Of a stretch of DNA of 64,000 nucleotides, positions 20,715 through 29,508 are shown piece after piece. The translations under genes and the position numbers were made by a program. The DNA lies in assembly GCA_039026375.1 (NCBI GenBank), contig JBCCML010000005.1, forward strand, positions 66,906 to 130,905. The letters run 5' to 3'. How positions within the stretch are numbered: position 1 is the first letter of the stretch; the number at the start of each line of letters is the position of its first letter. Below the pieces are notes generated by a model. It ran no database searches, was not told the DNA's origin, and saw only the letters and a list, made by a program, of their open reading frames with translations. This DNA comes from Pseudomonadota bacterium. GTDB lineage: Bacteria > Pseudomonadota > Alphaproteobacteria > Rhodobacterales > Rhodobacteraceae.

Positions 20715-22091
20715 TTATCGAGCGGCAGGCACAACCTTTCCAGGGTTCAAAATGCCGTTTGGATCCAGAGCCGCCTTCAGCCGGCGCATCACCGCAAGCT
20801 TCTCCGCTGAGACATTGCGCTCAAGAATAGCAAGTTTTGCGGTCCCGATGCCGTGCTCCGCTGACACCGATCCGCCCAGGTCTTTGACCCCGTGTTCCAC
20901 GGCCTGCGAGATCCCTTTACGCAAATCCGGCCCAAAGGAGCCCTTTCGACAGATCGTCAAATGCAGGTTGCCATCGGCCAGATGGCCCAAGCCGAACAGA
21001 ACCAGTGAGGGCGCCAGTGTGTCCAGACGTGCGCGCAGGCTTGCCATGTATGTGTCCAGGCTTGCCAACGGCAGAGAGATATCAAACCACAACTGATGCG
21101 GCAGGCTCCAACTGGCGGCAAAGGTGTCTTCGCGGATTCGCCATATGTCGGCGGCTTCACGACCGCTTTGGGCAATGACTGCGTCAATCACGTCGCCTGC
21201 ATCCAGACTTGGCGATAATGCCTCTCCCAGGCCGTCTACGTCCAAAGCCGTTTCGATAATCAGGTAGACGGCTGCATCACAGAACTCCAACACGCGGCTT
21301 AACCCGGTGTGCTCAGCTACGACCCGAGCATAATCCCTCCACATGATCTCTGCTCGCAACATGCCGCCTCGATCCTCAATGTTGCGCATTGCTCGGATGG
21401 CAGTGCGCGCATTGGGACAGGCGGCCAGCATCGTGACAGAAGGGGGGTCTGCGCGCTCCAGCTTCATCGTAACCCGGGTGACGACGCCCAAGGTCCCCTC
21501 GGCGCCACAGAACAACTGCCTGAGGTCGTAGCCCTCGTTGTTCTTCGGTACTAACGCCAGGTCGCACAGGACTGTGCCGTCGGCTAGAACGGCCTCCATT
21601 CCCAGAAGGCGCTGGCGCATCATGCCGTAGCGAAATGCCTCCATCCCGCCTGCGTTGGTGGATACCATCCCACCGATTGTGGCACTGCCGCGGGCGCCCA
21701 GGTCGATGCCCGGCGACAGGCCTTCTGCGGCGCAGGCCTCTTGCAGGTTCTGCAAGGATATGCCGGCACCGACGATCGCGACCCGTCCAACCGGGTCGAT
21801 CGTCAACTCATCCAAACGGTCCGTCATCAGAACCAATTCGCCGGGCGCTGAAACCGCGCCGCCGGCCAGTCCCGTGCGCCCGCCGTGGCTGATCACGGGC
21901 ACACCCGTAGCGTCACAAAGGCTCAGGATCGCCGCCACCTCTGTTGCCGAGCTTGGACGCACCGCCAGTCCCGCCGCAAAATTCGATGGGTCAACGCCTG
22001 GATCCAACATGGCGACGGCGTTCTGCCCGCGTACGTGTTCCTCGCCGACGATGTCAGCTAGTGATTGCAGGAACTGGGTATCCAACGGCAT
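20715..22091 (-). CDS. FAD-binding oxidoreductase (GlcD/D-2-hydroxyacid dehydrogenase family)
   Basis: HGGRTGLAGG, ATIGGMVSTNAGG, GAEGTLGVVT, GHLADGNLH, SAEHGIG, LDPNGILNPGK. Confidence 0.92.
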   Translation of the reverse strand: MPLDTQFLQSLADIVGEEHVRGQNAVAMLDPGVDPSNFAAGLAVRPSSATEVAAILSLCDATGVPVISHGGRTGLAGGAVSAPGELVLMTDRLDELTIDPVGRVAIVGAGISLQNLQEACAAEGLSPGIDLGARGSATIGGMVSTNAGGMEAFRYGMMRQRLLGMEAVLADGTVLCDLALVPKNNEGYDLRQLFCGAEGTLGVVTRVTMKLERADPPSVTMLAACPNARTAIRAMRNIEDRGGMLRAEIMWRDYARVVAEHTGLSRVLEFCDAAVYLIIETALDVDGLGEALSPSLDAGDVIDAVIAQSGREAADIWRIREDTFAASWSLPHQLWFDISLPLASLDTYMASLRARLDTLAPSLVLFGLGHLADGNLHLTICRKGSFGPDLRKGISQAVEHGVKDLGGSVSAEHGIGTAKLAILERNVSAEKLAVMRRLKAALDPNGILNPGKVVPAAR

Positions 22092-22248
22092 GTGTCTCTC
22101 CCCCGATTTCCCCCCAGCCTAGTGCTTGCAGCTCCTGTCTGGTAGTCCCGTTCATCGCCCGCTCAGGTGGCCACCGGCAATAAGCTATCAGCACCGCGGG
22201 CGCATGATCTTTGCATTTGCGCTGATGGTTGACCCGCGGCCTTCTCCC

Positions 22249-22569
22249 CTACGGCGTCGGACCCCAAGGAGCAGACATTAGAAGCTTGTTGTCCTGTGTT
22301 AGAACAAGCGGCCGGAACTTCGCCGCAAATGCCATGAAGTCTGCGTCTGAAAACACCGATTCCCAGAAACCCCGCCGGTCTGCATCGTCGTAGAACCGCC
22401 AAAGGTGCACGATTTGGTTCATCGCGCCGATGTCGCCGGTGAAGTAGCCAATCAGGCGTCCACCCTCCAGCTTTGACAGGGCAGGCCACCCCAGGCTTTC
22501 ATAGTAGCCCACGGCTTCGGCCATCGCGCCGACCCGCAGCGTGTAGGTTCTCAACTCGAAGATCGCCAT
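22249..22569 (-). CDS. NIPSNAP family protein
   Basis: IFELRTYTL, GYFTGDIGAMNQIVHLWRF...RR, NKLL.SAPW. Confidence 0.88.
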   Translation of the reverse strand: MAIFELRTYTLRVGAMAEAVGYYESLGWPALSKLEGGRLIGYFTGDIGAMNQIVHLWRFYDDADRRGFWESVFSDADFMAFAAKFRPLVLTQDNKLLMSAPWGPTP

Positions 22570-22626
22570 CGCATGCCTCCTGATCTCACAGTCGTTGGCA
22601 TGAATAGAGGCCGCGGGCGGTTTGGG

Positions 22627-22959
22627 CTAGTTGCGCTTCTGATGTCGGCGCAGGTCAGGCGGCGCCCCAGACCGGCCCGATCGCATGTAAAGCCTGTAGT
22701 GCGCTAACTGCCGGTCGCGGATGACCTTGAGTTCTGCCTCCAACCGGGCGGCGCGCCGATGAAGCCAGGCACGAACCTCCCACCCGGCGACGATCGAGGC
22801 GATGGGCATCGTCGGCAATGGTTGATCTGGCAACACCAGGACAACCAAAACGGCAGCGACCACACAGGCCAGCATGATCAGATTGATGCCAGAATCGCCC
22901 TGACGCAGACGTCGGATCTCGGCCGCAATCTCGCCCTCGCGGTCGCGCCCGCCTGCCAT
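22627..22959 (-). CDS. Hypothetical small membrane protein
   Basis: 110 aa with two hydrophobic segments; starts 4 nt after the map stop on the same strand. Confidence 0.55.
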   Translation of the reverse strand: MAGGRDREGEIAAEIRRLRQGDSGINLIMLACVVAAVLVVLVLPDQPLPTMPIASIVAGWEVRAWLHRRAARLEAELKVIRDRQLAHYRLYMRSGRSGAPPDLRRHQKRN

Positions 22960-22963
22960 CTTC

Positions 22964-23818
22964 TCAGCTGATCTTGGGAAAGTAGACGTCGCCGGGCGAC
23001 AGCGTGAAGATCTCGCAGCCGTCTTCGGTCACGCCCACCGCATGCTCAAATTGGGCGGAAAGTTTTCCGTCCTGGGTGACGGCCGTCCAGCCATCCGACA
23101 GGGTTTTGGTGCGGTGTGTGCCAAGGTTCACCATCGGCTCGATTGTGAAGAACATACCGGGCTGCAGGACGGCGCCCTCGCCAGCGCGACCAAAGTGGAC
23201 CACGTTCGGCAGGTCATGGAAAACCCGGCCAAGTCCATGGCCGCAAAAATCGCGCACGACCGAGCAGCGTTCGCCTTCGGCATAGCGCTGGATGGCGTAG
23301 CCAATATCACCAAATGTGTGGCCCGGGCGTACCTGAGCGATGCCCTTCATCAGCGCTTCGTGGGTCACCTGGATCAATCGCGCAGCGAAAGGCTTGACCT
23401 TGCCCACAGTGTACATTCGCGATGTATCGCCGTGCCAGCCGTCCAGGATCAGGGTCACGTCGATATTGACGATGTCTCCTTCCTTCAGCGCTGCGCTGCT
23501 GCGACCCGGCACCTTCGAGCCTGGAATTCCATGGCAGACCACATAGTTCACCGAGATGCAGCTGGCATGTTGGTAGCCCCGATATCCGATCGTGGCAGAT
23601 GTCGCCTCGTGATCGATCACGAATTGATGGATCAGCGCGTCCAACTCATCGGTGCGGACGCCTGGCTGCACATGCGGGCCAATCATATCCAAGCATTCCG
23701 CAGCCAGCTGACCGGCCATGCGCATCCCCGCAAAATCCTCTGGTGCATAGAGGCGGATGCCCTCGCGCGTGCGCTTTTCTCTGCCGCTGGGCCGGGTATC
23801 TCTGACAGGCTCGTTCAT
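22964..23818 (-). CDS. map: Methionine aminopeptidase type I
   Basis: CHGIP, GDIVNIDVT...GWHGDTSRM, GHGLG..FH, FTIEP, AQFEH. Confidence 0.98.
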   Translation of the reverse strand: MNEPVRDTRPSGREKRTREGIRLYAPEDFAGMRMAGQLAAECLDMIGPHVQPGVRTDELDALIHQFVIDHEATSATIGYRGYQHASCISVNYVVCHGIPGSKVPGRSSAALKEGDIVNIDVTLILDGWHGDTSRMYTVGKVKPFAARLIQVTHEALMKGIAQVRPGHTFGDIGYAIQRYAEGERCSVVRDFCGHGLGRVFHDLPNVVHFGRAGEGAVLQPGMFFTIEPMVNLGTHRTKTLSDGWTAVTQDGKLSAQFEHAVGVTEDGCEIFTLSPGDVYFPKIS

Positions 23819-24525
23819 CCCGACCCCCTAATGACCGGTATCGGGTGATCCAAAGTGATTCGGTGCTGATCCAGCTTACAGGCATAGGCAAGTACCTCGA
23901 CACCCCTGGCCCGTGCCTTGTCGAAGGCGTTGGCGTAGGCGGGGTCGATATCATCGGCCATGTCCAGACGATCGCAGTCGTCGCGCTGGATAACGTAGAA
24001 CATTACGGCTCTGTGGCCCTTCTGCACTTCGTCGGCCAGATCGCCCAAATGGCGCGTGCCACGCGCGGTGACGGAGTCGGGGAACTCCGCCAGGCCAGGC
24101 TCGCGCATCAGGTGAACGTTCTTCACCTCGACATAGGCGTCAGGCAGCCCGTCGCCGGACAACAGAAAGTCAACACGGCTGGCCTGGGCATAGCGCTGTT
24201 CCGGGCGCACATCGGAATAAGCCTGCAATTCCGGCACCTTGCCGCTCCGCAGAGCTTCACCCACCACCTTGTTCGGCACGCCGGTGTCTATACCCGCCAT
24301 GGCGCCGTCCATTTCCACCAGCCGCCAGGAATAGGCCAGCTTACGCTTTGGGTCATGCGCAGGCTCTAGCCAGACTTTCAAACCGGCAGCGTTTAATCCC
24401 ATCATGGATCCGGGATTGGCGCAGTGCGCCGTCACGACATCACCGCCCGCCAACTCGACATCAGCCAAGAAGCGTTTATACCGGCGCACCAGTTTGCCAG
24501 GCACCAAAGGATGGGTGAAGTCCAT
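23815..24525 (-). CDS. sfsA: Sugar fermentation stimulation protein A (nuclease fold)
   Basis: RRYKRFLADV, HCANPGSM, SRVDFLL, YVEVKNV, FPDSVTARGTRHL. Confidence 0.96.
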   Translation of the reverse strand: MDFTHPLVPGKLVRRYKRFLADVELAGGDVVTAHCANPGSMMGLNAAGLKVWLEPAHDPKRKLAYSWRLVEMDGAMAGIDTGVPNKVVGEALRSGKVPELQAYSDVRPEQRYAQASRVDFLLSGDGLPDAYVEVKNVHLMREPGLAEFPDSVTARGTRHLGDLADEVQKGHRAVMFYVIQRDDCDRLDMADDIDPAYANAFDKARARGVEVLAYACKLDQHRITLDHPIPVIRGSG

Positions 24526-24558
24526 CTGGCAGATCTAACCTTTTGCGGGGCCATTGCA

Positions 24559-25320
24559 ATGACACAACCGACTGCAGCCATGCTGGTGATCGGCGACGAA
24601 ATCCTTTCCGGGCGCACCCGAGAGGGCAATGGCCACCACTTGGCGGGCGTGTTGACCGAAATCGGTATCCGGCTGATCGAGGTGCGTGTGGTGCCCGATA
24701 TTGCGGACGAAATTGTTGCAGCGGTGCAGGCGCTCAGTGCCAAGGCGGATCATGTCTTTACGTCTGGTGGGATTGGTCCAACCCATGATGACATCACTGC
24801 CGAGTGCGTCGCGGCGGCCTTTGACACACCGATAAGCGTGCGCGATGACGCGCGGGAGATCTTGGCGCGCCATTATGCCGAAACAGGCCGCGAGTTGAAC
24901 GAGGCCCGGCTGAGAATGGCACGGATCCCTGACGGCGCGGAGTTGATATTGAACCCCGTTTCGGCCGCACCCGGTTTCAGGATTGGCAATGTTCACGTCA
25001 TGGCCGGCGTGCCTTCGGTGTTCCAAGCGATGGTTCAGCAGATCCGGCCCAGCCTGAAGGGGGGCGCCAAGGTGCTGTCTTGGTCGCTGCGCTGCGAGAT
25101 CGGCGAAGGCGACCTGGCAGGTCCGTTGGGTGAGGTGCAGGGGATGTTTCCCGATGTGTCGATGGGCAGTTACCCATTCGTGACTTCCTCCAGTATCGGC
25201 TCGGTCCTGGTGTTGCGCCATGCGGATCGTGGGCTTTTGCAGGACGCGGCCCAGGCATTACGCAATATCCTGGCCCCGATGGGCGGCGTGGCATCCGAAG
25301 TGCTGCCCGAAGACGCCTGA
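24559..25320 (+). CDS. CinA-like molybdopterin-binding domain protein
   Basis: VIGDEILSGRT, TSGGIGPTHDDIT, ARLRMARIP, MAGVPSVF, GSYPF. Confidence 0.9.
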   Translation: MTQPTAAMLVIGDEILSGRTREGNGHHLAGVLTEIGIRLIEVRVVPDIADEIVAAVQALSAKADHVFTSGGIGPTHDDITAECVAAAFDTPISVRDDAREILARHYAETGRELNEARLRMARIPDGAELILNPVSAAPGFRIGNVHVMAGVPSVFQAMVQQIRPSLKGGAKVLSWSLRCEIGEGDLAGPLGEVQGMFPDVSMGSYPFVTSSSIGSVLVLRHADRGLLQDAAQALRNILAPMGGVASEVLPEDA

Positions 25321-25641
25321 TCGATTGCTGGCCCTCTTGGGACCAAATTGTGTTCGCAGGCCTATCGGCCTGCTCACACGGCTATTCCCTCGCATCGTCG
25401 CCCGTCACCATTCGGTCTGTGAGGTCGGTCTGTGCCGGGCGACGCTGCGAGGCGCTGGTGCCCGGATCTGATAGCTCAGGGCGTAGGGATAACTCGGTAA
25501 GATTAGTGACAAGTTAAGCGCAGATTTTTTGATTGCGTCTCAACTTGGTTCGCCGGCCGGGGCGGGCCTTCCCAAGCGGGCGCCAGTGGGGTAAGGCCGC
25601 GCTGTCCCATGAAGGGACTCAAACGCACAAGGAACGGAGAA

Positions 25642-26679
25642 ATGGGCTATCGTATCGCCGTCGCGGGCGCCACGGGTAACGTGGGTCGCGAAATGCTGAA
25701 CATCTTGGATGAGCGGGAGTTTCCCGTAGATGAAGTTGTTGCACTAGCCTCTCGCAGGAGCCAGGGCACAGAGGTCAGCTTTGGCGACGAGACACTGAAA
25801 TGCAAAGACATCGATACGTTCGACTTTGCTGGCTTTGACATAGCGCTGTTCGCGATTGGATCGGAGGCTACGGCTAAGTACGCGCCCCGGGCGGCGAAGG
25901 CCGGTTGCGTGGTCATCGATAATTCGTCGCTGTACCGCTATGAGCCGGACATCCCGCTGATCGTGCCGGAAGTTAACCCGGACGAAGTGGAGAAGTACGG
26001 CAAACGCAATATCATCGCCAACCCGAACTGTTCGACGGCGCAGATGGTCGTGGCGCTAAAGCCACTGCACGACCGGGCCGGGATCAAGCGCGTGGTGGTG
26101 TCGACCTACCAGTCGACAAGCGGTGCTGGCAAAGAAGGCATGGATGAATTGTGGAGCCAGACCAAGGGCTTGTATGTCCCGGGTCAGGAAGTGGAGCCCT
26201 CGAAATTCCAAAAACAGATCGCTTTCAACGTTATTCCGCAGATCGACAAGTTCCTGGATGACGGGTCGACCAAGGAAGAGTGGAAGATGGTGGTGGAGAC
26301 GAAAAAGATTGTGGACAAAAGGATTAAGGTCCATGCGACCTGCGTCCGGGTGCCCACTTTCGTCGGCCATGCGGAGGCGATCAATATCGAGTTCGAGGAT
26401 CCACTGCCCGCCGACGAGGCGCGCGAGATCTTGCGCCAATCCCCAGGCATCATCGTGGTCGATGAACGCCAGCCCGGCGGCTATGTCACACCGATCGACT
26501 GCGTTGGCGAATATGCCACTTATATCAGTCGCTTACGTGATGACATTACGGTGGATAATGGCATCTCGCTGTGGTGTGTGAGCGATAATCTGCGCAAGGG
26601 TGCGGCCCTGAATGCCGTGCAGATTGCCGAGCTTTTGGGACGGCGTTGCCTGAAGAAAGACACGGTCGCCGCCGAGTAA
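25642..26679 (+). CDS. asd: Aspartate-semialdehyde dehydrogenase
   Basis: VAGATGNVG, IANPNCST, VSTYQSTSGAG, TCVRVP, DNLRKGAALNAVQIAE. Confidence 0.99.
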   Translation: MGYRIAVAGATGNVGREMLNILDEREFPVDEVVALASRRSQGTEVSFGDETLKCKDIDTFDFAGFDIALFAIGSEATAKYAPRAAKAGCVVIDNSSLYRYEPDIPLIVPEVNPDEVEKYGKRNIIANPNCSTAQMVVALKPLHDRAGIKRVVVSTYQSTSGAGKEGMDELWSQTKGLYVPGQEVEPSKFQKQIAFNVIPQIDKFLDDGSTKEEWKMVVETKKIVDKRIKVHATCVRVPTFVGHAEAINIEFEDPLPADEAREILRQSPGIIVVDERQPGGYVTPIDCVGEYATYISRLRDDITVDNGISLWCVSDNLRKGAALNAVQIAELLGRRCLKKDTVAAE

Positions 26680-26702
26680 AATCGCCACTTTCAGAACCTC
26701 TT

Positions 26703-26727
26703 ACGGGCGTGCCTTGGGCGCGCCCGT
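26703..26727. terminator. Stem-loop after asd, in the convergent asd/glgP gap
   Basis: ACGGGCGTGCC-TTG-GGCGCGCCCGT: 11-bp stem with one G-U pair. Confidence 0.5.
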
Positions 26728-26753
26728 TAACGTATCTGGCGCTGGGATTTGGC

Positions 26754-26797
26754 GTGTATGATTTGCGTATGATAAACGTATGATCGGCGTATGCCAA
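26754..26797. repeat. Four direct repeats with an exact 11-bp period
   Basis: GTGTATGATTT GCGTATGATAA ACGTATGATCG GCGTATGCCAA; GTATG at 26756, 26767, 26778, 26789. Confidence 0.85.
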
Positions 26798-26935
26798 AGG
26801 TGCCGCGCACGGTCGGGGCAGGGATATTAACGACCCGACCGCTCAGCCCCCCTTTAACACCAATCTATCCCTAGGTAGACGCCTATCGTCCGATAGATAA
26901 CGCCGCCAATACCCCGCGAGATCGGCACCGACCCC

Positions 26936-29341
26936 TTAATAGGCCGGCTCGATCCCCCAGATGTCTGCGGCATAGCCCCGGATGGTGCGATCCGACGAAA
27001 AGCGGCCCATGCGTGCCGTGTTCAACACAGCCATGCGCGCCCAGTTTTCGTTGTCGTGCCAGACGCCGTCGGCCTTGCGCTGTGCGTCGTAATAGCTTTG
27101 GAAATCGGCGGCCACCATGAACCAGTCACTGGTACGCAGGTCGTGCGCGATGGGCGCGAACCGGCCCGGATCGTCCGGCGAGAAGATGCCGGTATCCAGC
27201 TGGGACAGCACCTCGGCCAGAGCCGGCGATTGCGCCACCGCCGCGGCGGGCGAGGCCCCGGCGGCCCGGGCTGCCGCGACCTCTTCGGCTGTCAGGCCAA
27301 AGATGAAGATGTTGTCTGGGCCCACAGCCTCACGGATCTCGACATTTGCGCCGTCCAGCGTGCCGATGGTCAGCGCGCCGTTCAGGGCAAATTTCATGTT
27401 GCCCGTGCCCGAAGCTTCCATGCCCGCGGTGGAGATCTGTTCAGAGAGATCTGCCGCCGGGATCAGCTGTTCGGCCTGCGAGACGTTGTAGTTCGGCAGG
27501 AACACGACGCGCAGCCGGTCGCGCATCAGCGGATCGGCGTTCACCACCGCGGCAACGTCGTTGATCAGTTTGATGATCAGCTTGGCGCGGGTGTAGCCGG
27601 GCGCCGCTTTGCCGCCGAAGATCTTGACCCGCGAAGGCCAGTCCCTGTCCGGGTCACGGCGTATCGCGTTCCACAGCGCCGCCGTCTCCAGAATGTTCAT
27701 CAACTGGCGCTTATACTCGTGCAGCCGCTTGATCTGGACGTCGAACATGGCGCCGGGGTTGATGTTGATCCCCTGGGTCGCAGCCAGGTGGCCCGCCAGC
27801 TTTTCCTTGTTCTGGCGCTTGGCATCCATGAAGCGCGCGCGGAAGTCGGAATCATCGGCCAGCGGCTCCAACTGCGCCAGCTGGTCCAGATCGGTCACCC
27901 AGCCATCACCGATCGTCTGGGTGATCAGGCGGCTGAGCGGCGCGTTACAGGTGCTGAGCCAGCGGCGTTGGGTGACGCCGTTGGTCTGGTTGACGATGCG
28001 CTCGGGGTACATGGCGTTCAGGTCGCTGAAGACTGTGGCGCGCATCAGGTCGGTGTGCAGGGCCGAGACGCCGTTCACCTTGTTGGCCGCGATGAAGGCG
28101 AGATTGCCCATGCGGACCTCGCCATGGTCGATGATCCGGGTGCCGTCCGGCCGCTCTGGAAATTGGCGGGCGTGCAGGTCATCGACCAGGTGGATCAGCT
28201 CCAGGTGGCGGGGCAGGACGCGCTTTATCAGGTGATAGGGCCACCGCTCCAGCGCTTCGGGCAGCAGGGTGTGGTTGGTGTAGTTCAGCGTCTTCGACGT
28301 CAGACCGAAGGCGGCTTCGAAATCCAGGCCGTGGCGGTCCATCAGCAGGCGCAGCATCTCGGCCACGGCAATGGCGGGGTGCGTGTCGTTCAGCTGGATC
28401 GCCACCTTGTCGGGCAGTTGCCCGATGATGGAATGGTGCTGCGTGAAGCGGCGCAGGATGTCCTGCACCGAGGCGGCGGTGAAGAAGTATTCCTGCTTCA
28501 GCCGCAGCTCCTTGCCGCGTTCGGTGGTGTCGTCGGGGTAAAGCACCCGGCTGATCGTCTCGGCCAGGATGGCGGGTTCGGCGGCGCGCAGGTAGTCGCC
28601 CTGGTTGAAGGCCGCCAGGTCGAAGACGTGCACCGGCTTGGCCGACCAAAGGCGCAGCGTGTTCGTCCAGCGCGCGCGCCAGCCGGGAATGGGCGTGTCG
28701 TAGGCCTGGGCCAGCACGGCGTCCTGGTGGTGCCACTGGGCGCGGCCGCTGTCGTGGGTGACGTGGCCGCCAAAGCGGATCTGCTGTTGAACCTCGCGAC
28801 GCTCGAACTCCCACGGGTGGGATTGGCGCAGCCAGTCCTCGGCCTCCTCGACCTGCCAGCCCTGGTTGAAGTGCTGGCGGAACAGCCCGTGTTCGTAGCG
28901 GATGCCGTAGCCGTAGGCGGGGATGCCGACGGTCGACATCGAATCGAGGAAGCAGGCGGCCAGACGGCCCAGGCCGCCATTGCCAAGCGCGGCATCCGGT
29001 TCGTCGCCGTAGATGGCGTCCGGGTCCTGGTCGAGGGCGATCAACGCCTCGGCCACATGTTCCTCCAGCCCCAGGTTTGTGACGGCGTCCTGCAGCAGGC
29101 GGCCGATCAGAAACTCCATCGACAGGTAGTAGATGCGTTTGCTGTCATTGCCATAGACCTCACGCGTCGTCTGGAACCAGGGGGTCACCACCTGGTCGCG
29201 GATCGCGGCGGTCAGCGCAAAGCGCCAGTCGGACAGGGTGGCGGCGCGGGTGTCCTTACCCACCGTGTATGTTAGATGCGATTCAATGGCGGCGCGCAGG
29301 TCGCCACTGGACGCGGCGGGCGCGGGGATATGCACATTCAT
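26936..29341 (-). CDS. glgP: Glycogen/maltodextrin phosphorylase
   Basis: LGNGGLGRLAACFLDS, ELRLKQEYF, QLNDTHP, QIKRLHEYKRQ, EASGTGNMKF, GTLDGANVEI. Confidence 0.98.
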   Translation of the reverse strand: MNVHIPAPAASSGDLRAAIESHLTYTVGKDTRAATLSDWRFALTAAIRDQVVTPWFQTTREVYGNDSKRIYYLSMEFLIGRLLQDAVTNLGLEEHVAEALIALDQDPDAIYGDEPDAALGNGGLGRLAACFLDSMSTVGIPAYGYGIRYEHGLFRQHFNQGWQVEEAEDWLRQSHPWEFERREVQQQIRFGGHVTHDSGRAQWHHQDAVLAQAYDTPIPGWRARWTNTLRLWSAKPVHVFDLAAFNQGDYLRAAEPAILAETISRVLYPDDTTERGKELRLKQEYFFTAASVQDILRRFTQHHSIIGQLPDKVAIQLNDTHPAIAVAEMLRLLMDRHGLDFEAAFGLTSKTLNYTNHTLLPEALERWPYHLIKRVLPRHLELIHLVDDLHARQFPERPDGTRIIDHGEVRMGNLAFIAANKVNGVSALHTDLMRATVFSDLNAMYPERIVNQTNGVTQRRWLSTCNAPLSRLITQTIGDGWVTDLDQLAQLEPLADDSDFRARFMDAKRQNKEKLAGHLAATQGININPGAMFDVQIKRLHEYKRQLMNILETAALWNAIRRDPDRDWPSRVKIFGGKAAPGYTRAKLIIKLINDVAAVVNADPLMRDRLRVVFLPNYNVSQAEQLIPAADLSEQISTAGMEASGTGNMKFALNGALTIGTLDGANVEIREAVGPDNIFIFGLTAEEVAAARAAGASPAAAVAQSPALAEVLSQLDTGIFSPDDPGRFAPIAHDLRTSDWFMVAADFQSYYDAQRKADGVWHDNENWARMAVLNTARMGRFSSDRTIRGYAADIWGIEPAY

Positions 29342-29508
29342 GGTCGTCTACCTACGATTGGGCTACGTCGGGTGCCAGACGTTCCCCGTCCAAGTCGTGT
29401 AAAAACCAGGGTGGGGTACTGATGGTCAACCTTGCACGACGGAGTTTGTCCAGCCCTTAATAGCGGGGTGCGTCGCTGGGTCAGGGTTTGGACCAAGGTT
29501 GGGCAGGC

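Noticed and set aside
23490-23530. Short insertion (GSKVPGRSSAAL) after the HGIP motif in Map
   Set aside because: Small loop indel; all metal ligands appear intact, so no special function is supported
25503-25517. CtrA-like TTAG-N7-TTAA upstream of asd
   Set aside because: A single one-mismatch hit with no cell-cycle or motility context; too likely by chance
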